From positions 80,290,001-80,354,000 of the forward strand of contig OZ038378.1 of the NCBI GenBank assembly GCA_964036045.1: a stretch of 64,000 nt of DNA, in the 5' to 3' direction. This stretch comes from Eutreptiella sp. 'Long Island Sound 2002' (Eukaryota > Protista > Euglenida). The notes under the pieces are model-generated. The model was not told the DNA's origin. It did not search any database and worked only from the letters and a program-made list of their open reading frames with translations. A program made the translations under genes and the position numbers. Positions 61,661 through 64,000 of this stretch are shown one piece after another. Numbering within the stretch: position 1 is the stretch's first letter; each line of letters begins with the position of its first letter.

Positions 61661-64000
61661 TTTTAATTCTGAGATCTCGAGGAAAACGCGTTGGAGCATG
61701 GATAGTGTGCCTGGGGCATGCGCAAGGTGGTGGCACGAGTGGTTGCTGTGCCATGGCTCACCCTTTCCAGGCGCCACTGAGATTGTCCCTCGATTTTTAT
61801 GCATTCCTTTTTTGCCAAAGGTTTTCTATTGCTCCTGAATAAGTATGATACGCTCATGCAAGCGCACCATCTTTTGTTCACACAACCACATACATTTAGT
61901 TTTTTCTCGCGGCCTCGCTTTTGTACCGATGCTTTGCTATGCCATATTTGGTTTAGGTGTGGGCTTGCACACTACATGCCTATGGTTTGTTTCTTGCTTT
62001 CTTGCTACAAGTCATGTTTGCAGACCTCCGGACTCACTTTCCAAAGGTCATCCGTGCCTCTTTCAGCTATGTGACACGCATAGCGATATAGTGGGTGTAG
62101 CGAGGATGGACAACACAAGAGGACTCCAATGATGCAACCATCAGCGGTCTTTCAAGAGAGGAAGAACGTATCTTCGATGGACTCTTTCGCATGCACTTGC
62201 GGTAGTGCAGAAGTGGACAAGGCGGGGTGTCGAAAACTCATTATACACCCACCTGTTTTTCGAGTTCTCCCTATCATGGTCAAAGAACATTTCCAGATAT
62301 AGCCAGTCCAACGCATTGTCCAAGACTCAACATACATGGGTGGTGTTGTATTCATTTTCTCTGGTTATGTGGGATGGGCTTGTAGTTGCATTACTACCAT
62401 GTACATATCTGTGTTTTACCAATCTTGCACTGCTTGCAGAACATGGTGTCATGTTCAATTCTTAGAATTGTGATCTTACAGTCACGGTGTATCTATTTTT
62501 GTCAAAAAAGCGCGCCAAACATCGCTCCACGGATGGAATGGAATAACAGAAATTTTTTCACCTATACAGATCTTTGGCACACTTTTTTGTAAATGTTCGT
62601 TTTTGAGTGGGCATATGTGGATGCTTATACATGGACTGATCTTTGGCACGCTTTGGATCACTTTAATGAATATCCTTGTCTCTTAATGCCCGTTGACATT
62701 TCATGAGTTGCACCTCTTTGTTCTTTGTTTTGATCTCCACTTTTGGTCTTGTGTATGGCAATGCACATTTACGAAATATATCCTACATTATATAGCATTT
62801 TGCGCCGGACCCATCTTTGGCACCCTTTTTTTGACTTTCCCGTTTATCCTCCTTTTCTTTTACCCTTCACTTTTTGGGCTATCATATCTATCAACCTACT
62901 AAGTGTCAAACTTGAGTGGCCAGGAATGGGAGTGGGACCTCTCGATTGGAAGCAGACATCAATTTAGTTTTGGTTCTTCTGTCAACAATGAGCCCATCAA
63001 CGTTATGGGAACCAATTGCAAGGTTCTTAAGTCATTGCAAGGACAAAACCAACATAATCTCCTTGCCAAGACGGTGGACTGCATTGCACTATGTGTCCGC
63101 TTTGATGGAGATACTAGTTTACCTTCCATATTCCCCGGTCTCCCTTTATTTGTGATGGTCTCATGCATTGAATGCCTTTCAGCGGCTTTCTACGGAGTGA
63201 GACCTATGATTCAAAAGAGGCATTCTTCGAAGAGGTAGGTGCGGGTGGCGATGCTATTCAGTTTGTTACCTTTTCAGTTGAGCTACAAGCAGACTCACGT
63301 ACACGCGGAAGTATTTGGGATTTCCGTCAGCAATGGGTTCTTATGGAAATTGGTTACAAAAACAAAATAATAGTTTACCGTGTTCATGGAGGAATGCTTT
63401 AACTTATGGTGCTTGTTTATCAACGATATTTGCCGGATGCTTCAAGACCAAGTGACAGTATTGGTGGGATGTGTCGCACTGTTGGTCGCCAGTGGGCCCA
63501 TTAGGCAACCTCCAAGTATAATGCCCCTGCCATATGAGCATTGGCTGCAATAGTTGTAGGTGAACTTTGGCCGAAAATGGCTCAAAAATAGTGCATGGCC
63601 TCCTTTGATATCTTTTACGGACGATTCCTCATCCCAACTCCGCATGAGGGAAGCAATAGTTTTCACTGGAGAGCAATGGCTGTGTTACCCCTGCCACATC
63701 GTGCGCTAGTGGTTACGGGTTGACTAATATTGAATACCCTTGTCGCTTCAACCCGGAGGTAAGCAGGTCTTTTGGCGCATCATTCAATGAGTTGATCATT
63801 GGGTGGAGAGGTTTCCTGCAATAGCCTATCCGACTATGTTAGTTCCGATGTCGTCTCGATGTGCGCACAATGCGTGTGCTAAGTCCACGGGGCTATTGTG
63901 TATGGCATTATACATTTACCAAATTTACCATATGTACAATGTTTTTGCGCTGGATAAATGTTTGGCAGCCTTTTTATGAGTTTCCCGTTTATCCTCTCTT

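Overview
Repeat-saturated, GC-rich eukaryotic window; the lineage cannot be fixed from sequence alone. The only recognisable host gene is a + strand GH47 EDEM2-like alpha-mannosidase, seen as two small GT-AG exons (22552-22702, 23482-23623). Around it are two unrelated 41-bp tandem satellites (satA ~14.7-22.1 kb; satB in several blocks from 24.4 to 60.3 kb), interrupted by a stack of transposons whose ends can mostly be read to the base. (i) A RAG1/Transib-like DDE element family with CCCTT...AAGGG ends and a TA duplication: a partial copy at 1-1969 and a complete 6.8-kb, three-gene copy at 52973-59747. (ii) An APE-RT non-LTR retroelement (2229-14740, minus strand) split by a 4.9-kb CCCTA-ended, 2-bp-TSD multi-gene element, itself split by a 901-bp CAGGG element carrying a tRNA-Tyr-like sequence and a CGGBP1-like zinc finger. 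(iii) A MULE-like element with a 9-bp TSD and an 85-bp tandem array. (iv) A 7.6-kb hAT-like element, MITEs and decayed fragments. The best novelty candidate is the multi-gene RAG1/Transib-like transposon group with non-CAC ends, 2-bp TSDs, palindromic intergenic motif clusters and one UAG shared by two diverged copies. All protein family assignments are by-eye motif recognition, not database hits.
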